Shown piece by piece: positions 11,090-24,100 of a DNA stretch of 64,000 nt. The notes under the pieces are model-generated. The model did no database searches. It had not been told where the DNA came from and saw nothing but the letters and a program-made list of their open reading frames with translations. Source of the stretch: Elsinoe ampelina (lineage: Eukaryota); the NCBI GenBank assembly GCA_010093995.1, contig ML992503.1:735234-799233 (forward strand). Reading direction: 5' to 3'. Position 1 is the first letter of the stretch. Each line of letters starts with the position of its first letter. The translations under genes were made by a program, and so were the position numbers.

Positions 11090-13060
11090 TATATTACTTT
11101 ATATTCTACCTAACGCTACTCTCGATAATAATATATATACTATCTTCTTATAATTCTATATCCTTATCCCTTAGTTCTATAAAAGTATCTCTATCTAGCG
11201 GATGTCTATTCTCCTTAATGTCTAAGATACTACTACTATACTTTAGGCCGATTTAGTACTACAAGACTAGTTTATATAGTAGGCCTCTAAACTTCTTATA
11301 TATAAAGGACAAAAAGTTTATCTACGTCTATATACCTAAGAAATCCTTCTACTACGCCTCGACCGCTAGTAAATCGCTATTAAGTTGTCTATCTTAGGAT
11401 AGTATAGTACATATATAATCGAGTAGCCTAGGTAAATGTCGCTATTAAGTCTATCGATTCTTGTATATACTAACTATAACTTAACTTAGTTTAGTAGTAG
11501 TTAAAGTCACGACAAGGTTACTGTCTATATTAGGCATCTACGCCGGCTATGCTTCTATCGTAGGAGTTGCTATAGAGCGATTTAGTACTTTACTCCTACA
11601 CGCGAACTAAGTAGTACCTTAATACGCTATAATAGAGTATTTAGCCTTAATTAGACGCTCTTCTCGATCTATTAGTATTAAACTTAAGAAGCTAATAGAA
11701 GAATTAAGCTTACCTCTTAAAAGGTACTTAGTAGAAGCATTTCGTACCGGTACTATATAATAGCTATTACTCCCGCTATTAGGCCCGTTATTATATACCT
11801 AACTTCTCTATAAGTTAGTTCGAAGTTAGGTAGGCTAAACTAAAACGAGAAGGTATATACGTACCTTTCCCTTGTATTTTCTCTATCTAATAGTCCCTCT
11901 ATAGTATTAGTATAAAGGGATATATTTAACACTACTACTACGACGGTAAGTCTATTTCTCTCGACGTACTTAGCAAAGCTAAGTTTTAGCTAACGAAGGA
12001 TAAGAACCTATCTCGGGCTAATCTACGCTAGAAAGTTATTCTAAATGCTTAGTTAGACATAATCGAGTTCTAAAGGTTCTATACGTTTAAATACTAGTAT
12101 TCCCTTAGGTAAGTAGGACTTGACCCTATCTACTTACTTAACTAAGAGTATATAAATCGTTGCTAGGAGAGAGGAAATAAGAAAGAGTATTAGTTCGTTA
12201 AAGTAATAGCAAGTACTAGCTATTATAGCTAAGCCTATATGTCTAACAAAGGCTGCTTAGAAGGCTTTATATATTAAAGAACTTCTAAAGCGTTTACGCT
12301 ACTATATATAAGTAATTAATTAATAAGTATATCTAGCGCGTACTAAATTGCTGTCCTTATATTAGTACTTTCTTTTCTCTAGTAGCCTACGTGCCTAATT
12401 CGGTAGCTCGCTATTCTCTAGCCCCTTAGCTAGCTATTCGTAGTAGAGCATCTCGCTTACTATTCGTGTAATATTGTTACGACTATAGCGGAGCGCCTCT
12501 TAGAGCTACACGTATGTTAATAAGTAATTAGCTTTAGCTACGTGACCTACCTTACTAGCTATAACTACGGAAGAGTATTCGCCTATAGTCCTCTATAGAT
12601 AAAGTACTAGTAGCTAGTTACGGACCGAGCGCTAGTACTATATAATTCGTAGAAGTAGCTATTAATCATCTAATGTTAGTAATATTGTATTATAATCTAC
12701 TTCGATAGCTATACTTATATGTAGATTGTTATACACCGCCTCGAAAATGTCGAGATACTAGTTTAGTACGTTCTATTACCTCCGCTTTACTATCTTAACT
12801 AGTATAGAGGCTAACGTTAGGCTATTCTCGTTAGGTTATAGCTTCCTTAAACTCGGATTAAGAGTAGTAATGTCTAATTTATACCTTCTTCTTCGTCTTC
12901 GATATTATATTTATAGCCTACGTAGTTAGCTTAGTCTCTCTTAATGCTAAAGCCTTACTCTACTTTATCCTAGTTAAAATAACCTAAATTATTATCTTCG
13001 GAATACTTATTAGTCTTATAGTCTAAGCTATATAGGCGCCGACGTGCCTAAGATATCTTA
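11090..13060 (-). pseudogene. RIP-degraded cargo gene of unknown function (acidic N-terminus, intron-containing)
   Basis: One minus-strand frame over ~11720-12780 reads as protein with only TAA/TAG stops; acidic exon at ~12880-13020 is followed by a GT...CTAAC...AG intron. Boundaries approximate. Confidence 0.4.
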
Positions 13061-13599
13061 GTTTATAATAGTTCTAATAAAGAGGTATATAGGTATAAGA
13101 GAGTTAGCAAGGCAGGCCGGAATAATATATACTATAAGGGAGATAGATAGTTATCTTATGTGCGTTATAGTAATTTAGCGTTAGTTTAAGTTAGATAATA
13201 GCTTAGTTAGGTATTTAAAGTACGTAACTTTCTTCTAATTAGAATTAGTTATATCCGCCTATACCCTAAGGTAATCTTAACTAGTAAGAGTATTAAATTA
13301 GACTTATAGCTAGGTCTAACTTACGGAGTACTAATTGCTAGAAGCTAAACTAAAAAAGAAAGCTACTTAAACTTACTTAGACTAAATACTTAAACTAAAT
13401 ATAGTATTTGTTATTAGGTTAAGCAATAATTAGAGTAGAAATACGTAGAGAGAAATTGTAGATTAAACTTAGACCGAGTAATTATATACTAATTCGAAAG
13501 ACTATAGGAACTAGCTATTATATATATAGATAAGTAGCATAATTCATATAGTGGCTCCCTTATTAATTACGTTAGTAGTTCCCTCTTTACTAAGTAGTA

Positions 13600-15237
13600 T
13601 ATCTTCTAAGTGCTAAAAGCATTAATTGCTTACTATCTCGCTATCTAGGGTGTCTAAATAAGACACGCTAGATAGAGTAGCTTATCTTCTACTAATTATG
13701 TCGTAATAGAGAGCAAGCGTCGATTAGCTATTAGTAACTATACATAGTAATAGTAGAGTAGTACTATTAGTATAGCGTTATATACTCTTGTTTAATCTAA
13801 ATAAGCCCCTTAATACCCTACTAGTAAGGTCCGTAGAGGCGACGCTAAACGCGTAAAAAGCTTTACTAATATACTCCCTAAGTATATTATTCTCTCGCTA
13901 GAGTTGTCCGATTAAGCTTACGTTCTTCTCCGCTATTAATTGTAATTAGCCTACTTCCTACTAAATAAGTGTAATATCTTCCTCTAGGAGTTACTATCTA
14001 TTAAGCTATTTAGGCTACTAGGTCCTACGTCGCTTTTACTAGCTACTAATATAATTATACTCTTCTCTATACGTGTGTAGTAGAGAGCTTCTAATTTAAG
14101 CCTCTAGCTAGTTAGGGAGACTATTAGAAGACTATACTTTAACACCTAAATAGATAAGAGAAGCCTATATACTTAATCCTATAGTCTAGATGTTAGCCGC
14201 TAGAGAAATAAGGTCGGTGTAATTAATATTTATACTTAGAAGCCTAGCTAAAAGATACTAATAAACCCGATAGATTAATAGTAGAAGGATAGATAAGTAA
14301 TTCTAAAGGGCGATTTAGTTAAAAGGCAAGGAAGGATAAAGCGTAGTAAACGAACTAAAACTCTAAAGTTTAGTAGTAGGTATAGCTTAGCGTAGATTAC
14401 TCTACTACTTTTTAGTTCGACTTAGTCTACTACCGGACTATTCTCCTTTATGCTTACTTCGGCTAGATGCTTTCCTTAATCTCGTTGCCTTATTAGAATA
14501 TAAAGAGGTAAACTGTGTAATATCTTAGATAAGATAATAGTCTTAAACTAGATAGCATTCTCTATTATAGCGAAATGTAGCGTTCTATTGTCCTTCTAAC
14601 CTATGATATTGCTTTGCTTATTATATATATAGTAGTCCGTTATAATTGATATTACTCTTAGCTAATCGAACTTAATATCTATATCCTCCTTAGATATAGT
14701 AGTTATAGCTTTATAACGTATAAGTAGAAGATCTCTAATCGAGTAGATAGGATATATTTCTCTATCCTTACGAACTACTAATAGTATGTCGTCTAGTTAA
14801 TTAGAGAGTAAAGGCGCTTATAATTACAATTAGCAATTCGAGGATTTATTCGAGGTAAGCGTATTAGCACTGTTCTACGCTCCTCTAGGCTTATATAATC
14901 TTAAGTGTAACTATACCCGCTAACGTCTAAAATTGGTACTTATCTTATAGACGAGAGCACGGAAGGTAGCTTAACTATCGCCGCTCTCTAAGAGCTCTAT
15001 TATACGCCGAAACGTATACCGAATGTTATTACTGTCTAGTACTACTAGAAGTACCTCCTGCTCTAACCTTCTCCTATTAGAAATCGACCTAAATGTTCTT
15101 CTAACTATGCCTTTACCTATTATAATATCCTCTAAGAGACTATATAAGTCTCTATAGCCTTTATCGTTAAGAGCAAAAGCTTGCTTAATAGCTTTAATTA
15201 AGTATATCGCTAGTTAATAAGAAGTAGATATAGGTAT
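13600..15237 (-). pseudogene. RIP-degraded cargo gene of unknown function
   Basis: Nearly stop-free minus-strand frame over 15237-14900 (AIKQAFALNDKGYRDLYSLLEDII...RRRLEQEVL...ATFRALVYKISTNFRR). 3' extent uncertain. Confidence 0.35.
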
Positions 15238-15467
15238 AGCTACGGAGGAAAGGAGAGAGATAGAGGTAGAAGAGTAGCGGTATAGGTAGTAATTCGGTAC
15301 AAGTATTACTTACAATAGATAAGCCTTAGATCTTAGTTTACTTACGAGAGAGGCATACTAGAATTGTGCTTAGTTATAATTAGTTAGCCTAAACTAACAC
15401 TCGTAGAACTATAAAGTTTAATATGCTAAACTTTATCTTTTCTTAGTTTTGTCGTATGCTTATTACG

Positions 15468-16270
15468 TAGTAATATAACTATATTACAAATACGATTCGT
15501 AATAACGCCTTAGTTTACGCTCTCTACTTATACCGACCTAAATGTAGGCGTTAGCGTCCCTAGTATAATCTTTTCTCTCCTCTCTATCCGACCTTAATAA
15601 TAGCTAGCTATCTATTATAGTAGATTCCTACGCCTAGTATACTACAATTATTAATTGTTATATATACTATAGCGACTCTAATATTTACTCCTACCTTGCT
15701 GTCGCTACTACTTCTAATAGTATTCTCTATACTAGCTACGTCGTGTTTATAGGATTAACTACTACTAGTACCTAGTAGTTACGCCGGAGCAAATCTATTA
15801 TAGTATACCTCTCTATCTTGCCTACTACGCTACTATAGGCTTAAGGGTACGTAAGGAGACTCCGATACCTCTTTTCCTCTCCCCGCTACTACTACTCTCT
15901 ATAGCTTCCTTTACACTAGCTACGTATCATTAGTAGAATTAGCTACCGTCTCTATCTAGTAGCTACGACTAAGCGAATCTATTACGGAGCATCTCCTAAT
16001 CTTACGGACAGCGCTACTAGGAGTTCTAGCGTACGTAAAGAGAGTAGAGGAGCTAGCGTCTACTAGGAATTATCTACCTTATAGTATAAGAATATTAAGG
16101 GGAGAATTATAGAGAAACAACTAGTATAATAAAGAGAAAGAGATAGAGGCATATCGCGGGTAAAGATACGTCTACTACCTCCTACTAGATAGTAGCTTAC
16201 TATAGAGAGCGTTATAGGCGGAGCTATATTAGTAGTATTCTCTTTTATAATTACTTTTATAGCGGAGTTT
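15468..16270. repeat. Direct repeat X, copy 1 (~800 bp; copy 2 at ~29664-30465)
   Basis: Collinear with 29664-30465 (offset ~14195), e.g. TTACGCCGGAGYAAATCTATTATAGTATA and GGAGCATCTCCTAATCTTA; differences are mostly C/T and G/A. Confidence 0.92.
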
Positions 16271-17049
16271 TATTATTAGTAGCGCTTTATTATAACTTCC
16301 TTACGTTAGTAATGCACTTCTTTCTATATAGATTATATACCTATTACTTTAATTCCTCTCCTCTAACTAGTAAACAAAATCTTCTTATCTAATACGTATA
16401 AGTATACTATATATCTTTCTTTATTCCTTATTATTCGTCTTATCTTCTATCTGCTATAAAGACATTAAGGTTGTTGCTTTACACGATAATACTCTTTATT
16501 AAATAGTCTACTAGCTATTCGAAGCATATATAACTTCGTATATAGTACTAATATATAAGCGTTTAGTATAGTTAATTACTTTAATACTAATTTTCTACAA
16601 TAATTAGCACTTATAACATCCTCCGATAGCTACGTTTTGTTTACTTACCTAATTTACGCCTTATAATATTTATTAGTAGTAAACTAACTTATTTACTTTT
16701 AGTTCTAGTATCGACCTAATATTAGTAATTATTACATATCACTATTAGCACGTACGAAATATAGACTTAGTTAACCTAGTTTACTTTTAGGTTGAGGCCT
16801 AAACTAGATCTTAGTTATAAGTATACTACTTACTTTAGTATACTATCTTAAATACAAATTTTATTATATTTAAGAAGTTACTACTTACTTTCCGCATAGT
16901 ATTTTAATATTATACTAGGTGGCAGGTATTTATAATTGCTACTATTTGCTCTATAGCGCTTAACTTACTACGCTTAGTTCCTAGCTATATAATCTTAACT
17001 CCTCTAACCTTACCTATCTTATACGACGCCTTTACTAGTAGATATTCTT

Positions 17050-17512
17050 TGTCACGAACTGTCTAAATATAGCCTATACTAGTAGTCTAAGCTAAGCTAG
17101 GAACGAGGTAGTTCTACTTCTATAGTAGTATAGCACTAAGGTAAGAGTCGGAGAAGGTATGTCTTATAGATAATAAAGTACAATTAGATAGTATTATAAA
17201 GGCTAGCCTTAGTAATACTAGTATTCGCTATCTAGACAAGGTTAACTATAGTACTTATATAAGGTAAGGACTATTCCTATATATATATATTCTCTATTAT
17301 GTTCTCTATATGCTCTATATACTCTATAGCGAGAGTTAGAGGCAATATAGAGTACACGTCCGCTAGTAACCTACGTGCTCTATAGTTTTAGAGGTAGAGC
17401 CGCTAGAGAAGATAGAGAACTAGGTAAACATCGGGCTAGGTCACGTAATAATCTCGGTAGCTTAATTAGTCCTAACGTCCTTACATTTTAGCTATCCTAC
17501 TAGTTTATAACA
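17050..17512 (-). repeat. 3' LTR
   Basis: TGTCACGAAC...TTTATAACA; adjacent minus-strand purine tract AAAGGAGAAGAGTAA. Confidence 0.95.
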
Positions 17513-18099
17513 TTACTCTTCTCCTTTAATCGAGTTGTCCTAATAAGTAAGTATCCTTCCTTGTCCTTACGCGCTATGTACTAAATATGCCTTCTAGTCG
17601 TTAAAGGCATAGCAAATCTAGTATATCCGTACGAAAGAATCTCTTAGAGTTTATTAAACTATTCGGAACTAACATGCTATAGGCTTATTCTCGTTATAAA
17701 TCGAAGGGGCTAGACTACAAGGTCTATATTTAGTCGGGTATCTATAGCTAGTATATCGTAAGTAACTACTTAGGTTATAATATTTAGATAACAAAATTAG
17801 AATAGTAGCGTCTTTAGTCTAAGTGTATTTATTTACGAAAGGAATTAGTTATAGCTAAGGCTACTAGAAGAGAAGCTAAAGAAGCTTATAAAAAGGCAAA
17901 AGAGACTTATTAAAGAGCTATAGGTAATAAGCTTTACCTACGCGAAGAGATACAAAAGTTAGAGAATAAGGCGGAGAAAGTAATCTCTCTAGAAAAGACT
18001 CGTATTTAAGTCTTAGAGTAGGAGGAAATACTATTGTCGGTGAATCTCGTCCTACTATAGAACTAGTAGTTATTTATGCCTAACTCCGATTAGAGTTCC

Positions 18100-21000
18100 T
18101 TACTTAGTAATAATTAAGGTACTTCTATTAGTTAAGTAATCTTCCTTAGACATTCTCGTTTTTGTTTAGTGTTTAGAGTACTAGGTCCGTCTAGTCGATT
18201 TACTTAGGATAGGTTCTCGATCTAGTAATCTAGAATTACTTACGAGGTAAAGTACTCCTCTAGTTCCTATGTTACTTTACTATACTAATGTTCCTTCTAG
18301 TAAATAAGATAGTAATGTTTTTCTTTTATAAGTTTATAACGTAAAACTCTTTCTATCTTATACTATAGCTCCTATGTTTCTTCCTCTAGTTCGATAGGTC
18401 TAGGTATAGTATTCTATAGTGCTTTCTCTAGTAGTAATATATAAAAGACTAGATAAATCCTTATATGTCTTAGTAGTTCTAGTTTATATACGTTCTTGTT
18501 TTTCTTTTCTAGGATCTTAAAGAGTCCTAGTTTAGTATAGTTAAGTTTCTTACTCAGTTGTTTCGTTTTAATGTTTTTACTAAGGAGGTAAACTTTCTCT
18601 CTCTCCTATAGAATTAGTTCTATAATTCTCTTTTAGTTAGCAAACTCTACTATTCTTTATAATATAAATGCTATATTATAGTATAGCTAGTCGTGTAGTT
18701 TCTTAATGTTAGCTACTAGTGTATTAGTATCCTTAGATACTAGCTTAATTCTAAGTGTGTCGTAGTATAGATCTAGGTATATCCTATAGTTTACGTAGAA
18801 TAGTAAAATTCTATTTACTAACTTTCTATTATTAACGGCGAGCTCTATAAGTAGTAATAGCGTCGCCTATAAGTCTTGCTTATAGTTTAGGTAGTATTAT
18901 AGGTACTACTCTAGTACTTAATTTGCCCGTTTAGTTTATCTGTCCGTTTGTAGGTAAAAGAAGATTAATAGCTTATATTTGACTTCTAGTAGGTCTATAA
19001 ATAATTACTAGAATTATAACGTAAATAGCTTATCCCTATTGGTTATTAAGTCTCGTAGTACTCTATGTTATAAAACAATTATTCGAAGGAAGGTAAAGGC
19101 TATATCCTCGGTAGTTACTATTGTCTTATATAGGACAAAGTAGTAATACTTCGTAAATCTATCTACTAGGACTAGAATGCTATTATACTTTATACTTGTA
19201 AGAGGTTCTTCTAATAGCGGTAGAGGTCCTATAAAGTCTATCGTAACTAATTACTATAGTTTGTCTAGTAGTAGTAAGAGTTATAGTAGGCTATATAGTC
19301 TATGTTAAGAGTACTTAGACTTATAGTATGTATCGTAGGCGGCGATATACGTCTTAATATTGTTTCGGAGTTCTTTCTAGAGGTAGTTTTATATAATAAG
19401 TTTAATAGTCTTATTAATTCTGCTATATTCCGCTATTAGGTTATTATAGTGTATTTAAATAACTTCTTTCTTCCGTTCTTACGTAAGCTCCTAGGTAAAG
19501 CTATATAACTGCTTTACTTTCGGGTGCTTATAGACTAGAGCGCCGTCCTACTACTTTAGTATAGAGGCCTCTATTATTGTTATGTTTTTTAAGTAATCTA
19601 GCTAGCGGCTAAGAGCGTCTACTTCGCTATTCTCTAATTCCTTAACATAGTAGATCTAGAAGTTGTAGCTTATAAGTGTTTCTAACTATCGAACCTGTTG
19701 TTTATTAAGAACCTTAGTTATTGTCTAATATAGAAGGTTCTTATAGTTAGTATAGACTTATACGAGTAAGGTTGTCCCTTCTAGGTATACTCTCTATTCG
19801 CGGAACGCTTCTATAATCGCGAGTAATTCTTTATCGTGTATGTCGTAGTTAAGTTTAGGTCTAGTCATTTTTCGTAAGTAGTATATAATTGGGCAGCGTT
19901 GTCCTTCTACGCCCTTCTACGCTAGATACGCTTCTATTACAAAGTCCGAGGCATTCGTTTCTAGTAGTGCTTATTAGTCTAGGTCAAAGAGTACTAGGAC
20001 AGGTGCTATTATAAGTCTAAGCTTTAGCTCCTTAAAGGCCTACCTATACCTCTTATTAAAGACAAAGCTAGTTTCCTTTTTCGTAAGGTTAGATATTAGC
20101 GTAGCTACCTTAGAGAATCCTTTAATAAACTTATAGTAGTAGTTAAAGAACTCTAGTAGCACTTAAACCTCCTTAACCGTCGTAGGTTCCGGCTAGTTAT
20201 TTACTAACTTAATCTTCTTTAGATCGGGTCTAATACTATAAGTAGATATAACATAGTCTAGAAATTGTATCTTATGTTTATAGAACTTACACTTAGAGAG
20301 TTTTACTAGTAGGTCTTTTTCTTTTAGTTTCTATAGCACTTTATAAATATGTCCTATGTGTTTATTATACATCTTTAAAAAGATAATAATATTATCTAAA
20401 TATACTAAGATAAAATTGTTAAGGTATTCTTGTAGAGTATTATTAATTAACTCTTAGAAGGTTACAAGAGCGTTAGTTAACCTAAAGAGTATAACGAGGT
20501 ACTTATATAGACTCTATTACGTCCTAAAAGCCGTCTTCTACTCCTTGCCCTCCTTTATTTATACTTAATAATAGGCATCTCTAATGTTAATTATAGTGAA
20601 CTATTTAGCTCTAAGTAGTTAGTCTTAAAGTTCGTCGATCCTTAGTAGAGGATAGCGATTCTTCCTAGTAAGTGCATTAAGTTTCTAGTAATTAATATAT
20701 ATTTGTAACGTTCTATTCTTTTTTAGTACAAAAAGCACTCCGTACGTAATAGGTAATTTTAATAGTTGTATAAATCCTTTAAGTAAGTACTTATCGATGT
20801 AGTCCTTAAGGATATTCTTCTCTTGTTTCAATAGTAGTATAAGACCTTAATAGTGTGTTGGGGATTTACCTTCTTTAAAAGGTATTTTGTAATTCTATAG
20901 TTTATATTAGAGTAAGGCTATAATATCTTTCCTTTCTTTAAATAAGTCCTCGAAGTCTTTATATTCTAGCGGAAGTACTTAATTACTTACGCTAGCGATA

Positions 21001-23490
21001 GCTCTAACTATTAGTTATACCTATACTATCCTTATAGTTAGTATCTACGGAGCTAATTATACTCCCTATATTCTATAATTACACTTAGGGAATTCGAGTG
21101 TTTCTTTAATCTAGTCTACGTCTAGATTGTATTATTAAAGCTAGTCTATGCTAAGTACTATATTGTACTACATGTTAACTATATCGATTAATTATTTTTC
21201 CGTATATGTTTCAATTTAGATTATAACGTTTTATAGTTCCTAAGTAACTTTCCCGTTCTTCCCTATAGAGGTTTTATCCGCTATAGTAAGTAAGTAAGGT
21301 AACTCCTTCTAGTGTTAATAAGGTTTAAGCTAATTAGCAACTGTTATAGAGACGTAGCTATAGTTAGCTCCTAAATCTATTATTGCTTTTACCTTACTCC
21401 CTTATATTTCGACTTCTAGTATAAAGTAGTTTAACGTGTAGATCTTTATTATATTAAGGCTTTAGCTAGTGTTATTGTCTTGCCTTATTAGGCAACAACT
21501 AGCTAGTTTTTTGTCATTGTAGCTCCTTAGATAAGTAGCTAATCTCTTTCTACACGTATCTACTATTAGTACTATATCTATTAGGCAAGTCGTATTTTGT
21601 TGCTATTTAATATAGTAAGGTAAACTTCTAGCGCCTAAGTCCCTTAGTGACTATAAAGTCTAATAATTCTCTACTAGTTACACTAAGTAGTATTATACAC
21701 CCGTATAGGTATAACTATTTCTTCTAGGTATAGCTAGGTATTAGTATTAAAGACAAAAACAAGTTATATAGATTCGTCTTATCGCGTCCTATTCTAGTAG
21801 TAGGTGTATATTATTATATAATTCCTCTATATCTCTATAAGGTATGCTTTAAGTCGTCTACTTAATAGTAGTACGTCGTTGTTATTGTTATTAGATAAGT
21901 TCTTATTTGTGTTATTACATCGTAGTTGTTCGGTGTATTCTTTATTATATTTCTCTTCGTCGCTACTACCCCTAGTATAGTTATAGTTAGTAAGGCTATA
22001 CCGAGTATATTCTTTTACTTAGCTATAGGGAATAGTACTATCTATCTCGATTACTAAGAAGTCCGTAGTGTATTTAAGACTAATAGTATCTTCTCTAAGC
22101 ACATTGTATAAGTAAATAGTATAGTACTATTTATAATTTAGATTTATATATTTCTAGAGCGACATATAATACGCCTTTCCTTATAGTTCGCCGTAAGGGC
22201 TAAAGGTAAGACTACTATATTATCGCGTAGTACTTACGTCCTAATACTTTATCTCGATAATCGTATATTAGTAATTGTTACTAACTACCTTCTAAGGTTA
22301 GTTAATGTTACTACTAATTATAGAGAGCCTTTCTAGGTTAAGCCCCTAGTCTAGCTATTTTATTAGTTACCTACGCTTAGATAGCTTATATAGGAACTAA
22401 CTAGATCCCTACTTGTCTAATAAGTAAATGTAATAAGAGTTATCGTAATATACTATCTATAATAGCGTCGCGTATTAGCTTTATTGTTCGCTATTAGTCG
22501 TAGAGATATTAAGTATAATATCTAGAGAGGATTCTATTGCCTCTCGAGTCGTTATAGACCCCTTCTATGTTTCCTTACCTATACTAAAGGTTATTAGGTC
22601 TTCTATAGTAGTGTCGGCCTTTTTTTCTACTAGCCTAGTAACTATTATATATAATTCATCGGCTAGCGCCCCTTATCGGTAGTCCCTAGCCTAATGCCTA
22701 GGTCTTTTATACTTAAAATATAAGTTATCTTATCTATACTTCTCTCTCTCTTTTCTACTAAGGAACTTTCCTCTATAACTATAGCCTCGTACCTATAAGG
22801 GGCAGCCTTCGTGTATAGTATTAAGTTCTATAGAGTCTCTATAGTTTCGAGAGAAACGCGTATATCTAGTATTTACCTTATATCCCCTATAACGTTCTAT
22901 ACGTCGTTTGTAAAGTCTATTATTAATAGCAATTATAGTGTCTACTAGTTCCTAAAGGCTATTAGGCGGCTTAAGTATTATTTAGTCTTTGACCGAGTCG
23001 CTTAGTCCTTAATAGAATACTAAGTGTTTAGTACTATCGTCCTAGTCTAGGTGTATTACGAGTTGTTAGAACTAGAAATAGTACTAGGCTATAGACCTAT
23101 ATTGTTGTAATTGTTAGATCTTTGTCGTAGCAACGTGTTCCTCGTTAGATACGTTAAAGACTTACTTAATCTTTGCCTAGAAGATACTAAAGCTCTTAAA
23201 GATAGCCTTTATATCTAGGCCTAGTTATCTATCTAGGTAGCCACTTATATAAGGCTCGAACTACCCGAAGGCGGCGCCCTTAAGGTATATCTTAGTATAG
23301 AGGACCTTTGCCGCGTCGTTACTATACTTATCTCTCTCTAGAGCAAAGAAGGCTTTAAGTTAAACAAGGAAGCGCCTTAAGTAGGCGCGGTCCCTATAGA
23401 AGAGTTCTACCTCTAACTTAGGCCTACTCTATCCTTCTATACTAAAAGACCTTCTATATTCGCCCGAGGTTAAACTAGTAGTAGATATGT
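18100..23490 (-). pseudogene. gag-pol relic
   Basis: Motifs after RIP reversal: gag FHGDRAHLRRFLVQ (~23400), CCHC knuckle (~22680-22725), protease AMIDSGA (~21370), RT EWKTAFRT / YEYLVMPFGLTNAP / VYLDD (~20390-20545), RNase H ETDASDF and NYDIHDKELL (~19820-19965), integrase TMDFIGPLP and HPQTDGQT (~18930-19245), chromodomain YEIERVL...YLIHWK...TWEPEE (~18250-18365). Confidence 0.93.
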
Positions 23491-23604
23491 CGTTAATAGT
23501 AAGCTTTTCTAGCTTACTAGCGATTAAAGATACTAATAGTAACTTAGAGTAAGAGTTACTTATTAACCTCGTAGCGTGCTATACTATAGTAAGGGTAGTT
23601 AAAA

Positions 23605-24067
23605 TGTTATAAACTGTCTAAACATAGCCTACGCTAGTAGTCTAAGCTAAGCCGGGAATAAGGTAGTTCTACTTCTATAGTAGTATAGTACTAAGGTAAG
23701 AGTCGGAGAAGATATATCTTATAGATAATAAAGTACAATTAGATAGTATTATAAAGGCTAGCCTTAGCAATACTAGTGTTCGCTATCTAGACGAGGTTAA
23801 CTATAGTACTTATATAAGGTAAGAACCATTCCTATATATATATATTCTCTATTATGTTCTCTATGTGCTCTATATACTCCGTAGCGAGAGTCGGGGGCAA
23901 TATAGAGTACACGTCCGCTAGTAACCTATATACTCTATAGTTTTAGAGGTAGAGCTACTAGAGAAGATAGAGAACCGAGTAAATGTCGAGCTAGGTCACG
24001 TAATAATCTCGGCAGCTTAATTAGTCCTAACGTCTCTACATTCTAGCTGTCCTACTAGTTCGTAACA
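23605..24067 (-). repeat. 5' LTR
   Basis: TGTTATAAAC...GTTCGTAACA; same length as, and collinear with, 17050-17512. Confidence 0.95.
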
Positions 24068-24100
24068 TTCTTATACTTATTAAATACATATAATAGTACT

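Larger units (their letters stand above)
17050..24067 (-). mobile_element. Full-length Ty3/Gypsy chromovirus LTR retrotransposon, RIP-inactivated
   Basis: Two 463-bp LTRs (TG...CA); 5-bp TSD TTCTT at 17045-49 and 24068-72; PPT at ~17513-17530; domain order gag-PR-RT-RH-IN-chromodomain on the minus strand. Confidence 0.97.

Noticed and set aside
23581..23604. tRNA primer-binding site of the Gypsy element
   Set aside because: No TGG-starting tRNA complement or clear self-priming match is recoverable after RIP.
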